From assembly GCA_963700155.1 (NCBI GenBank), contig OY969472.1, positions 253,511-317,510 on the forward strand: a DNA stretch of 64,000 nt, given 5' to 3'. A program made the translations under genes and the position numbers. The notes under the pieces are model-generated. The model saw nothing but the letters and a program-made list of their open reading frames with translations. It did no database searches and had not been told where the DNA came from. Source of the DNA: an uncultured bacterium (GTDB taxonomy: Bacteria > Patescibacteriota > Dojkabacteria > J137). Shown here one piece after another: positions 17,772 through 26,470 of the stretch; the first letter of the stretch is position 1; every line of letters begins with the position of its first letter.

Positions 17772-18237
17772 TAAAATCTAAAAATTCCTCATTCAACTTT
17801 TCATTAGTAGTATATTCCATAAATTTTTTAATCTTTTTCAAATGTTCTCTCTCCATTCTTGTAAAAATATGATTTTTCCCATGGGACTTTTCTCTATTTT
17901 TTATAGCTTTCTTAATACACTTATATGCATCATCATATCTATCCATATGTTCATAAATCATTGCTAAATCGCCGTAAATAGGTCCTAGATATTTTCTTTC
18001 CTCTCCAGAGAGTTTTTCACCTTCTTTCACCGCTCGAAGCATTATCTCTACTGCTTGTTCATATCTTCTTATAAAGAAAAATTCCATTCCTAAAGTATGC
18101 CATATATCATCACTAACAGAATTTCCTTCTGAATATTTCACTGTTTCAACATATAAAGCTTCTAGTAATTCAATTTCCTTATCATTAAGTTTAGAAATTT
18201 TATTTATTTTTTTGTAAAAAACTTTATCAAAATCCAT
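17746..18237 (-). CDS. TPR-like repeat protein (hypothetical)
   Basis: Helical repeats with TPR-like pattern (YEQAVEIMLRAVKEGEK...YGDLAMIYEHMDRYDDAYKCIKKAIK). Confidence 0.4.
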   Translation of the reverse strand: MDFDKVFYKKINKISKLNDKEIELLEALYVETVKYSEGNSVSDDIWHTLGMEFFFIRRYEQAVEIMLRAVKEGEKLSGEERKYLGPIYGDLAMIYEHMDRYDDAYKCIKKAIKNREKSHGKNHIFTRMEREHLKKIKKFMEYTTNEKLNEEFLDFIDKDAKHE

Positions 18238-18284
18238 TGTATATATTACTAAGATAGAATTACTGTAATTATAACAGTATTTTA

Positions 18285-18328
18285 GGGCTGAGCTATGCTC
18301 AGCCCCTGTAGCTGAGCGAATCAGCTAC
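18285..18328. terminator. Two tandem GC-rich hairpins (GGGCTGAGC-TAT-GCTCAGCCC and GTAGCTGA-GCGAA-TCAGCTAC) at the 3' end of the 18325..18555 gene
   Basis: Both are perfect palindromes sharing a CTGAGC/GCTCAG core. Hairpin 2 overlaps the stop codon of the small minus-strand ORF. Confidence 0.45.
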
Positions 18329-18555
18329 TTGTAACTATTGGCAATTCGGAGTATTTCAGGATACTCCAAATTGTCATTGTTGAGTGATGTGAGATAGCGA
18401 TGGAACCTCTGCTTCTGATCTGGTGATAACTTGGCAGCTTTTGCTGCCTTGTTAGCCATATCGTTCAGATGCGGTCGCCGCTTTGATTTAAGCTGCTCCG
18501 CCCGCCTACGACTTTTCTCACTCTGCTCGTATGGCATTTGTACCTCCAGGTACAA
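18325..18555 (-). CDS. Small basic hypothetical protein in a GC-rich islet (probable true start MPYEQSEK at about 18537, preceded by GGAGGT)
   Basis: About 45% GC versus about 30% in the flanks. Strong SD GGAGGTACAA before ATG. K/R-rich 69-76 aa product. Confidence 0.4.
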   Translation of the reverse strand: MYLEVQMPYEQSEKSRRRAEQLKSKRRPHLNDMANKAAKAAKLSPDQKQRFHRYLTSLNNDNLEYPEILRIANSYK

Positions 18556-18731
18556 CTAGACTCAGGATATATTCCATGAGTATATATAGAATAATACTTA
18601 AGAAAGCTTATTTATGCATTGTATTGCAATACAAATTACGCGGTTTTTTATACTTTTTTAAGCAAAAAATGAAGAAATTTGTAAATTCTAAAATTTGATA
18701 GTAATATTCCTTGTCAACATTAAAATAAAAT

Positions 18732-20984
18732 ATGCCAAGAAGACTTTACCACACAGAGCCGAAAGTTATTAATACTGTCCAAGCAATTCGAGGACAGTCT
18801 ACACGTAAATATCTAGAAATAGCCACCCATAACCAAAACAAAATAAAAGAATATCAAAGGATACTTAAAGGTTATGAAGTCGTGGGAATAGGAGTCGACG
18901 CAGATGAAATCCAAAGCCTCGATCCAATGAAAGTTATAACATCAAAAGCAAAAGAAGCATATAGATTAAACGGATATAATCCAATACTAGTTGAAGACGT
19001 TTCAGTCGACATTCGGGCATTAGGAAATCGTCCTGGACCATTCGTTCGTGATTTCATGGAAGAATCAAATATGAGAAAACTTATCGCAGAAGAATGGCTT
19101 AACGAAAAAGACCGCTCTGCCCTCGCAAGAGTTTTACTAGCAATATATGACGGAGTTGAAGTCTACATTTGGCAAGGAACTACAGAAGGAAGTATCGCAG
19201 AAAAACAAAGAGGAATGAATGGCTTTGACTGGGACGATATATTTATTCCAAAAGAATCTAAAAAAACATTTGCAGAAATGGATTCAAAAGAAAAAGATTC
19301 ATACTCAATGAGAAGAAAAGCCCTGCTTTCATTCTTAGAAAAGCCTTATGAAACAAAATATCCAATCTGGGAACTTCCTGAACCATATGAGCAAGAACTT
19401 CAAAGAGTCCAAATGGATAAACTTTCTAATGGGAAATCAACTCAATTTGCTTATCGGCTTGAGTGTCTTGAAGATGAAAATAAACCAAATAAAGAATTAA
19501 CAGCACCAAATTATTCAAAAATCAGATATGAATCAAACTCATATTTTACAAGATACCTTCCCAAAGAAGATAGTAAGAGCTTAGGATTAATGCTTACAGA
19601 TGTTGATCGTGGGAAATTAAAACTTTATCAGAACGGGAACCCTGTTCTGTGGGAAATGGGACCAGAAAGGCGACATTTAGCGCTTGCTCAAAGAGTTGAA
19701 TATTTTATGCAGAACCAGGATCCTGAAGTTCATAAAATATTAGATGAGCTTGAAGCTAAAAAAGATAAATTCCCACGTAGAATAAACAGGCGATCGACTA
19801 CAATTGAGCAAGCGCTTCGAATACAAGGTTACGAGACAGCAACTCAAGCTTTATCACTAAAAGAAATAGGTTACAAAAAGTTAAGCTCTCTAAAATTAGT
19901 AAGTAGAACTAAATCCTCTAATTTTGGGTTATTTAATATTATCGGGAAACATGCTCGAAGTATGTATGCAGTTGGATCTCTGCCATTCACATCAGGATGG
20001 AGAGATGTAATAGTTATGTCTGCGATTGGACACATGCTTGTTTTCGTTCATAGAAATAATATTAATGCTATTGATTTTAAGAATCAGCTTAGTTTAATTA
20101 AAGAAGCAAGGCAGGTAATCTTGGATTTAAAATTATCAAAAAAGGCTACTAATAGAGCATTAGATAATATAGGAGCTGCTATCGGAAGTAATCCTAAAGA
20201 TGATTTAGAAAAAGCGAAAGAGTTATATAAGATTGGAGTTAAGACTTTTAGAATTTATACAATTAATTCTGACCCTAGAGTTATTGAAACTGCAAAAGCT
20301 ATAAGAAATGAATTTGGAGATAATGTTGAGATTTTTGTCGGACAATTAGTTGATAAAAAACAATGTCAGGCTTTGATTACTCCGGACATTCGAGTTGATG
20401 GGTTTATTTTTGGTCATGGAGGTGGAAGGCAATGTACATCTGCTACAAACGGGATGGCATTAGCTACATTAGAGGAAATTTATCAAACTGTTATTGACCA
20501 TCAATTTAACAATGTCTCAATATTAGTTGAAGGCGGAGTTGGTACTTATGTTGGAGCAATGATGCTTTTAGGAGTTGATTGTATTCTTAGGAATGCACAG
20601 TTTACAAATTGTATTATTGAACAAGGCGATTTATTCTTTGAAGCAAAATCAGGTGGTGAAATTGTCCAACCTTATCATGGTTCTGCGAGTGCGGCCACTA
20701 TGATTATTGAGTCGTACAATAAGAAAAATGCAGAACAGCGCTTATTTTATAGTGGCCGCACCAAAAATGTTGAAGGTAAGTCAGGTTACATTTACTATAA
20801 GGAGCGGGCAAATTCAATGGCATTTTATATTGATGAATTCAAACATTATGCTGCAAGAACTTTGGCAGATTTAGGTGTTGAAAGTATTTGGGAAATGAGA
20901 GAATTCTTGCATACAAACCACGAAGAATTGTTCAGGTTGATGACACCTGAGGCTGTTTATACTGGTACTGCTTACAGAAGCTAA
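18732..20984 (+). CDS. Fusion protein: N-terminal Ham1/RdgB-type non-canonical purine NTP pyrophosphatase (ITPase) + central unknown region + C-terminal IMP dehydrogenase/GMP reductase-family TIM barrel
   Basis: Ham1 blocks IATHNQNKIKEY, ILVEDVSVDIRALGNRPGPFVRDF, GFDWDDIFIPKESKKTFAEMDSKEKDSYSMRRKAL. C-terminal half parallels GuaC/GuaB: GHGGGRQCTSAT (catalytic-Cys loop, cf. GIGPGSICTTR), VSILVEGGVGTYVGAMMLLGVDCI (cf. PVIADGGIR.SGDI.KA.A.GA..VM.G), PYHGSASAATM (cf. YRGMGSLDAM). No CBS subdomain. Confidence 0.75.
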   Translation: MPRRLYHTEPKVINTVQAIRGQSTRKYLEIATHNQNKIKEYQRILKGYEVVGIGVDADEIQSLDPMKVITSKAKEAYRLNGYNPILVEDVSVDIRALGNRPGPFVRDFMEESNMRKLIAEEWLNEKDRSALARVLLAIYDGVEVYIWQGTTEGSIAEKQRGMNGFDWDDIFIPKESKKTFAEMDSKEKDSYSMRRKALLSFLEKPYETKYPIWELPEPYEQELQRVQMDKLSNGKSTQFAYRLECLEDENKPNKELTAPNYSKIRYESNSYFTRYLPKEDSKSLGLMLTDVDRGKLKLYQNGNPVLWEMGPERRHLALAQRVEYFMQNQDPEVHKILDELEAKKDKFPRRINRRSTTIEQALRIQGYETATQALSLKEIGYKKLSSLKLVSRTKSSNFGLFNIIGKHARSMYAVGSLPFTSGWRDVIVMSAIGHMLVFVHRNNINAIDFKNQLSLIKEARQVILDLKLSKKATNRALDNIGAAIGSNPKDDLEKAKELYKIGVKTFRIYTINSDPRVIETAKAIRNEFGDNVEIFVGQLVDKKQCQALITPDIRVDGFIFGHGGGRQCTSATNGMALATLEEIYQTVIDHQFNNVSILVEGGVGTYVGAMMLLGVDCILRNAQFTNCIIEQGDLFFEAKSGGEIVQPYHGSASAATMIIESYNKKNAEQRLFYSGRTKNVEGKSGYIYYKERANSMAFYIDEFKHYAARTLADLGVESIWEMREFLHTNHEELFRLMTPEAVYTGTAYRS

Positions 20985-21349
20985 ATTAGATCAATTTTCA
21001 CATAGATCTCTATACTTAATCGCATGTTTTGTATTTTTACTGTTACATTCTTCTTATTTACATTTCTCCAATTTGAATCTTTTTTTTCCAATGTGGTAAG
21101 AATTTCATATACATCTGAATAATCCTCAACTCGAAGATTCTTAGCATTGGCTAATATATAGTCAATAATATCCACTAACTGTTCAACTGAGAAATCAAGT
21201 TCAAATCTAAGATATTCATCTAAATATGCTTTTAATATTTCAACTGATCTTCTCCATTCACCATTTTCTAAAGCGGAAGATAAGGGATCATTAAGACGTT
21301 CAAATGGTTCACCTTTATGAATATTATAATCTTTTGCAGAATATTCCAT
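20981..21349 (-). CDS. Hypothetical small protein, paralog of 21417..21776
   Basis: Shares block SVEQLVDIIDYILANAKNLRVEDYSD / EKVLDIIDYIIANNESLSLRSIVD with its upstream neighbour. Confidence 0.45.
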   Translation of the reverse strand: MEYSAKDYNIHKGEPFERLNDPLSSALENGEWRRSVEILKAYLDEYLRFELDFSVEQLVDIIDYILANAKNLRVEDYSDVYEILTTLEKKDSNWRNVNKKNVTVKIQNMRLSIEIYVKIDLI

Positions 21350-21416
21350 AATATTTTAATCAAAATAATATATATTGTATTATATCCCGAAAGCTATATA
21401 TTGACAATATATATAC

Positions 21417-21776
21417 TTAACCCTCCTCACTAATAGCTATTAAATTTAATCTCCTTGCTAAATTTGATAATCTCATTCTTATATACAAGGGTAAATCTTC
21501 TCCCATCAAAGGGTCTGTTTTGCTGATAATAACAACTATATTTTTAAGATCTACTATACTTCTCAAACTTAAACTCTCATTATTAGCTATTATATAGTCA
21601 ATAATATCCAACACCTTTTCTATCTTTATATCCAGTTTATCTAAATATCTTGTAAGATTTTGTCTTAAATAATGAATTGTGTAATCCCACTTTTCACCTT
21701 CGATTGCCAGTGAAAATTCAGGATCAAAATTTATATCTGGTTTGCCGTCTTCAAGTGAGATAACTTGTGTGCTCAT
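21417..21776 (-). CDS. Hypothetical small protein, paralog of 20981..21349
   Basis: See paralog. Similar length (119 vs 122 aa) and conserved central motif. Confidence 0.45.
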   Translation of the reverse strand: MSTQVISLEDGKPDINFDPEFSLAIEGEKWDYTIHYLRQNLTRYLDKLDIKIEKVLDIIDYIIANNESLSLRSIVDLKNIVVIISKTDPLMGEDLPLYIRMRLSNLARRLNLIAISEEG

Positions 21777-21794
21777 TTTATATAAATATTAAAA

Positions 21795-22190
21795 TTAAAG
21801 TTCAATATCACCATATCTTCTAATATAGTCGCTATCATCATCATAAGTTTCTGTTTCTGGAATACTTGTATCAAAATCATCTAAACAGCTTAAATCAGTC
21901 ATCATATCACATAAAGTAGTTAGAATTTCACTCCTGTTCTTAAATGTTTTTTCTTTAGGGTATTTATCTGTAGCAGATTGATATGAAATTAATGCAACTC
22001 CGCCTAAAATATTGTCTGAATTCAAATCCAAATGAAAATCACCTATATCAATACTTTGATTAACGTTATCAAATTCAACAGATACCTCGAGGATTTCACC
22101 TAATTTTAATACTGTATCTTTTACTGAAGGATCACCTATCAAAGAAGTATCAGTTATTACATCTCCATCAAGCAAATTTAAATTAGACAT
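21795..22190 (-). CDS. Hypothetical acidic small protein
   Basis: 131-aa D/E-rich ORF in the same-strand cassette. Confidence 0.4.
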   Translation of the reverse strand: MSNLNLLDGDVITDTSLIGDPSVKDTVLKLGEILEVSVEFDNVNQSIDIGDFHLDLNSDNILGGVALISYQSATDKYPKEKTFKNRSEILTTLCDMMTDLSCLDDFDTSIPETETYDDDSDYIRRYGDIEL

Positions 22191-22206
22191 ATTATAAAAT
22201 TAAAAA

Positions 22207-22569
22207 TTAAAGTTCAAAAAATTTCCCGTTTAAATCAACTCCTTCCCAAAAACCATTCATAATAAAATTATCTTTTATCCAATTTGGATCAGATAAATTT
22301 GGAATTACATTTAAAACATCCTCAATCGTATCAAATCTTTTTATCCTAGCTAAATTTTCACCATCTAAAGTTACTCTAATGCTACAAATTCCATTTTGGT
22401 TAAAATAATTAGCAAAGTTCAATTGAAATGGACCAACTGATCTTATTAAATCATTCTCTTTTACAATTTCTACACCACCAAGCTGTGATGCTATTTTGCT
22501 TGTTATTAAATCTAAAGTAGATTTGTCTATGTTAGGTTGTTGATCAGGAGTAGATGTGACTTGCGGCAT
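22207..22569 (-). CDS. Hypothetical small protein
   Basis: 120-aa ORF in the same-strand cassette. Confidence 0.4.
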   Translation of the reverse strand: MPQVTSTPDQQPNIDKSTLDLITSKIASQLGGVEIVKENDLIRSVGPFQLNFANYFNQNGICSIRVTLDGENLARIKRFDTIEDVLNVIPNLSDPNWIKDNFIMNGFWEGVDLNGKFFEL

Positions 22570-22638
22570 AACATTATTATTAAAAATAATAACTGATAAT
22601 AACTCAGTTGTTATATGCTGGCAAGAACTTTCCTCAAT

Positions 22639-23091
22639 TTAGAAGTGATCAATTTCCCATAATAAAACATCACCTTCTTTAAGATTATATTCGGTATAAT
22701 CAACCTGATTGTCCTGATTGTTTATGAAAAGCTTCCAGAATTCTCTTTTATCTGAATTAGCTTCATATCCATTAATCGAAGTAATCAATACAGCATAGTC
22801 AGAAGTAGAATATTTAAATTTAAAGCTATTATCTTTTGCCTGAAGATTTTTCATGAAGGTTAAAACATCCTCTCCACTTTGAGATGAAGAAGTATATTTC
22901 GTGATTTTATTATTAATATCTTTAACATCTAGTTCAATAGGGAAGGTTTTAATTTCTTCAGAGATAAAATTATAATCTTGATTGCTATTATTATTATTTA
23001 TAATCGCTAATCCAATAAGAGTAGCCAAAATCATAAATACCCCAGCCAGAATTACACTTATTAAAATATATCTAGAAGAAAAATTTTTCAT
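22639..23091 (-). CDS. Hypothetical membrane-anchored/secreted protein
   Basis: N-terminal TM/signal anchor (YILISVILAGVFMILATLIGLAII). Confidence 0.45.
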   Translation of the reverse strand: MKNFSSRYILISVILAGVFMILATLIGLAIINNNNSNQDYNFISEEIKTFPIELDVKDINNKITKYTSSSQSGEDVLTFMKNLQAKDNSFKFKYSTSDYAVLITSINGYEANSDKREFWKLFINNQDNQVDYTEYNLKEGDVLLWEIDHF

Positions 23092-23152
23092 TAATAAAAG
23101 TGTAAAAGATTAATCTGAGTTTAACTACAACACTAAATATCGTCAAGAATTT

Positions 23153-23743
23153 TTATACACCGCCAAATCGATCTAATGGCCATATCCTTATAAATGGTTT
23201 ACCGATAAGCCACTCTGTTTTTACAAATCCAAAATATCTCGAATCATTGCTTACCGATCTATTATCTCCAGCTACAAAATAATATCCTTCCGGAATATTT
23301 TGAGGTATTTTCTCTCTCAAAAAACTTCCACCTTGAGTTTCTACACTTGGATCGAGATAATCTTCTTTTAATAATTGATCATTTATATAAAAATGCCCAT
23401 TCTTAATTTCTATTTTTTCTCCTGGTAAACCTATTATCCTTTTTATTAAAGCATCATTCCCGGGAATTTGAAGTACAACAATATCACCTCTTTTATAATC
23501 AAGATTTAAGACTTCACCAACACTAGTTCCATTAAACCAATGCGATAAACGATTAGTATATAAACGCTCTCCAGTATAAAATGTTGGCTCCATTGACCTA
23601 CCTTCAACTTGGCTTGGAATAACAACAAAGAAAAATAAAAATAATGAGATACCTAATGCAATTGTAATTGTCTCAATTAAATTTATCGTTTTCTCTTTAA
23701 ATTCCTTATTCATAATCTTTTCTTTTATATTGTAATTTTTCAT
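23153..23743 (-). CDS. lepB: Signal peptidase I (copy 2 of tandem pair)
   Basis: N-terminal TM, catalytic Ser motif GRSMEPTF, Lys box LIKRIIGLPGEKIEI, and GDNRSVSNDSRYFGFV. Confidence 0.85.
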   Translation of the reverse strand: MKNYNIKEKIMNKEFKEKTINLIETITIALGISLFLFFFVVIPSQVEGRSMEPTFYTGERLYTNRLSHWFNGTSVGEVLNLDYKRGDIVVLQIPGNDALIKRIIGLPGEKIEIKNGHFYINDQLLKEDYLDPSVETQGGSFLREKIPQNIPEGYYFVAGDNRSVSNDSRYFGFVKTEWLIGKPFIRIWPLDRFGGV

Positions 23744-24429
23744 TCTAACTTATAATCTCCTGTTGTTATAATACTAAATGTGTCTAGTGGCCAGAATCTT
23801 AAAATAACTCTTCCTTTTATCCAATTTCTATCAACAAACCCCACATCTTCATATCTTGAATCATTACTTACTGGCCTATTATCTCCCATACAAAAGTAAT
23901 AACCTTCAGGAACCACCATACTTTCACCCCCATCTAATAAGAAATCCCCCCCTCTTGTAAACAAAGCTGGCGGCAGATAATTTTCAACAAGTTTTTGCCC
24001 ATTAATATATACATAACCTTCCCGAATTGAAACTCTATCTCCCGGAAGTCCAACTATTCTCTTTACAAATTCGGAGAGACCTGGCTTTTGAAAAGTTATA
24101 ACATCGCCTCTTTTATAATCAAAACCTAGTGATTTCCCAAAATCAGAATTACCTATCCATTCGCTTAGTCTATTTGTTAATAATAACTGTCCAGTAAAGA
24201 AATTTGGTTCCATTGAAGGACCATCTACCTGGCTTGGAGTAATTACAAATAAATATAAAACTATTGATATTGCTGTTAACACAACTACAGTCTGCAAAAA
24301 AATTATGTACCAATTCTTTGGTGCAGATGTAGGCTTTTCAAAAAAAGGATTATCGTTTTGCATCAAGTTATTATAAAATAATATTAATCTGACAATATAA
24401 TACACCAAATTTAAACAGAATATGAACAA
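23740..24429 (-). CDS. lepB: Signal peptidase I (copy 1 of tandem pair; overlaps copy 2 by 4 nt)
   Basis: GPSMEPNF (Ser box), FVKRIVGLPGDRVSI (Lys box), GDNRPVSNDSRY. N-terminal TM. Confidence 0.85.
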   Translation of the reverse strand: MFIFCLNLVYYIVRLILFYNNLMQNDNPFFEKPTSAPKNWYIIFLQTVVVLTAISIVLYLFVITPSQVDGPSMEPNFFTGQLLLTNRLSEWIGNSDFGKSLGFDYKRGDVITFQKPGLSEFVKRIVGLPGDRVSIREGYVYINGQKLVENYLPPALFTRGGDFLLDGGESMVVPEGYYFCMGDNRPVSNDSRYEDVGFVDRNWIKGRVILRFWPLDTFSIITTGDYKLE

Positions 24430-25324
24430 TCTATCAAGGCTAAGGGCACTAGTGCTTGTGGTAATTTTAACTTTAATCAGTTTTTTGCTTATTAGATTTA
24501 TTTTTGAATTCTCAAGAACTGATTCAGAGTTAATATTGCCTGCTCTTTTATTATTTCCTACAAACTTTATATCAGTTTTTTTTAGTTCAATAAAAATTGG
24601 AGATTTAGAAATTTCTTCTGTTTTTGCAATTATATTTTTAATTATTATTGGTTATTTAGCTTCAAAGATAATTACCTCGCTTGAACGACAAGATGAGGAT
24701 TCAACACTTCTGGAAATTATTGAAGCAGTTTTAAGAGCTGTTGAATTCTTTATAATCCTTAGAGTAATTCTTGAATTTATTGGAGCTGATCCACTTCTAA
24801 GTTCATTCACAGCATTAATATATTTTTTGACTAACTGGACAGGATTTATTTTTACCCCGATTAATATCACCTTTGGAATGCTGGATATTTCTTCATTAAT
24901 AGTTTTAGTAATATTTATATTTTTAGACATTAATACTGAAGTAATTTTAAGAGGAGTTAAGTTTATAAAAGCCGGAAGCGCAAAAAGTGTTGATTTTATT
25001 GGAAATAACTTACCTAAAAGAAAACTAAATGAGTCAAATGTCGATTATGAAGAAGATTCGAACTCAGACATGCTTCCAAAAGTTCTAAAACCAACAACAT
25101 TTCAACCAGTGGAAGAAAATAGTTCTGAAAAATTATCAAATAATCCAGATTCCAACTCTCAATCATCTCAAGTAATTAATATTCAAAGCGATCAAGTAAT
25201 TGTTCAACCTCCTTCTTTAAATGGGAAACAAGAATCATTTGAGAACGATAAAGACTCAAAAAAAGACAATTCTGTAAAGCCACATACAGTACATAAAGAT
25301 GATATAACCGCACCTGAAGGATAA
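24422..25324 (+). CDS. YggT-family membrane protein with C-terminal low-complexity extension
   Basis: Segment IIEAVLRAVEFFIILRVILEFIGADPLLSSFTALIYFLTNWTGFIFTPINITFGMLDISSLIVLVIFIFLD fits the YggT two-TM motif (P..i...GglDfS..v). S/N/Q-rich tail. Confidence 0.5.
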   Translation: MNNLSRLRALVLVVILTLISFLLIRFIFEFSRTDSELILPALLLFPTNFISVFFSSIKIGDLEISSVFAIIFLIIIGYLASKIITSLERQDEDSTLLEIIEAVLRAVEFFIILRVILEFIGADPLLSSFTALIYFLTNWTGFIFTPINITFGMLDISSLIVLVIFIFLDINTEVILRGVKFIKAGSAKSVDFIGNNLPKRKLNESNVDYEEDSNSDMLPKVLKPTTFQPVEENSSEKLSNNPDSNSQSSQVINIQSDQVIVQPPSLNGKQESFENDKDSKKDNSVKPHTVHKDDITAPEG

Positions 25325-25405
25325 ATTTAATATTTTAGAAATTTCTTTTACTTATATTTTTTATTCTGATAGTATATTTTTTGCAGTATTTTTAAGAATT
25401 TTCCA

Positions 25406-25762
25406 ATGAGTGATGCAAAAGATTGTTTAAATGCTAGAAGAAGTGAAACATTATATTCAAATCGTGGAGAAAATATTTTGGATTACATTATCTTAAGTTG
25501 TGAAGGGAAAGGGCAAAATTTAGATTCACTGCTTTCTTCTACATTAAGTAAAGAAGATTTAAACCTTGCAATGCAGGTTGCAATTGAAAGAATTAAAAAT
25601 GGAGATTTTGAACTTTTTGATTTGATTCAAAAAGCAAAAACTAGCCTTAACGGGCATGGATATATTTTAGAGCAAGCAATTAACAATGCTTTACTACAAC
25701 ATAATCCAAATTTTGGAAACAATGTGGCATTTGAAAGAGTACTTGATCAAGCGGAAGCGTGA
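25406..25762 (+). CDS. Hypothetical protein
   Basis: 118-aa ORF; no motif. Confidence 0.35.
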   Translation: MSDAKDCLNARRSETLYSNRGENILDYIILSCEGKGQNLDSLLSSTLSKEDLNLAMQVAIERIKNGDFELFDLIQKAKTSLNGHGYILEQAINNALLQHNPNFGNNVAFERVLDQAEA

Positions 25763-26284
25763 TTAGTTTATACTTATTAGCTCCACATAAAAAAATAGAT
25801 CAGCATTAGCAGGTATTGGGCCGCTTCCGCTTGTTCCATAGGCTAAATTATAAGGGATTTTAAGTTCTCGAACTTCTCCAACTTTCATTCCAACAACTCC
25901 TTCACTCCATCCTTGAATAACACCTTGTCCAACAGTAAATGTAAACCCAGTATCACCATGATTAAATGATTGATCAAAAACAGTTCCATCTTTTGCTAGC
26001 CAGCCAACATAGTTAACAGTAATATTATCTCCAGTTTGAACAGCTGGAGAATTTTCATCAGTTGGAGCTAATATTTGTTTTGTTTCAAGTTTAGAAAATT
26101 TAGTAGAAGTTGTTTCCAAATTATTTGTAGACATTGTTTTTAGTCTGCTTTCAAAATTCATATTTTTTTGATTAATAGCTATTTGTGGATCAACTCTTTG
26201 ATTTACTACTGTATTATTTCCTCCTATAAGTAAAACAGTTAAGCCTACTAATAATATCACACCAATAATAATATTCCTTTGCAT
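25763..26284 (-). CDS. FKBP-type peptidyl-prolyl cis-trans isomerase, membrane-anchored
   Basis: FKBP domain: DNITVNYVGWLAKDGTVFDQSF...FTFTVGQGVIQGWSEGVVGMKVGEVRELKIPYNLAYG...ADLFFYVELISI. N-terminal TM anchor. Confidence 0.85.
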   Translation of the reverse strand: MQRNIIIGVILLVGLTVLLIGGNNTVVNQRVDPQIAINQKNMNFESRLKTMSTNNLETTSTKFSKLETKQILAPTDENSPAVQTGDNITVNYVGWLAKDGTVFDQSFNHGDTGFTFTVGQGVIQGWSEGVVGMKVGEVRELKIPYNLAYGTSGSGPIPANADLFFYVELISIN

Positions 26285-26395
26285 TTCAAACTAATCTAAA
26301 AATTAAACAAGTAATTATATACCATAGTCATAAATTTATATTAATTAAATCCCATAAGGCTGAAATGATATAATAATTTGCAAGTTTTTATCTCA

Positions 26396-26468
26396 CAGAG
26401 TCTGGTGTAATTGGTAACATACACGCTTCGGGAGCGTGTGACTCCGGGTTCAAGTCCCGGGACTCTGA
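26396..26468 (+). tRNA. tRNA-Pro (anticodon CGG)
   Basis: Cloverleaf folds by eye: acceptor CAGAGTC/GACTCTG (C1:G72, typical of bacterial tRNA-Pro), D-arm GTGT-AATTGGTA-ACAT, anticodon stem CACGC/GCGTG with loop TTCGGGA (U33-CGG-G37), variable TGACT, T-arm CCGGG-TTCAAGT-CCCGG, discriminator A. CCA not encoded. GATATAAT promoter box about 25 nt upstream. Confidence 0.75.
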
Positions 26469-26470
26469 TT

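Noticed and set aside
18872-19057. ORF 18872..19057(-)
   Set aside because: It is antisense within the well-supported Ham1 domain coding region.
24652-24930. ORF 24652..24930(-)
   Set aside because: It is antisense inside the YggT-family membrane protein gene.
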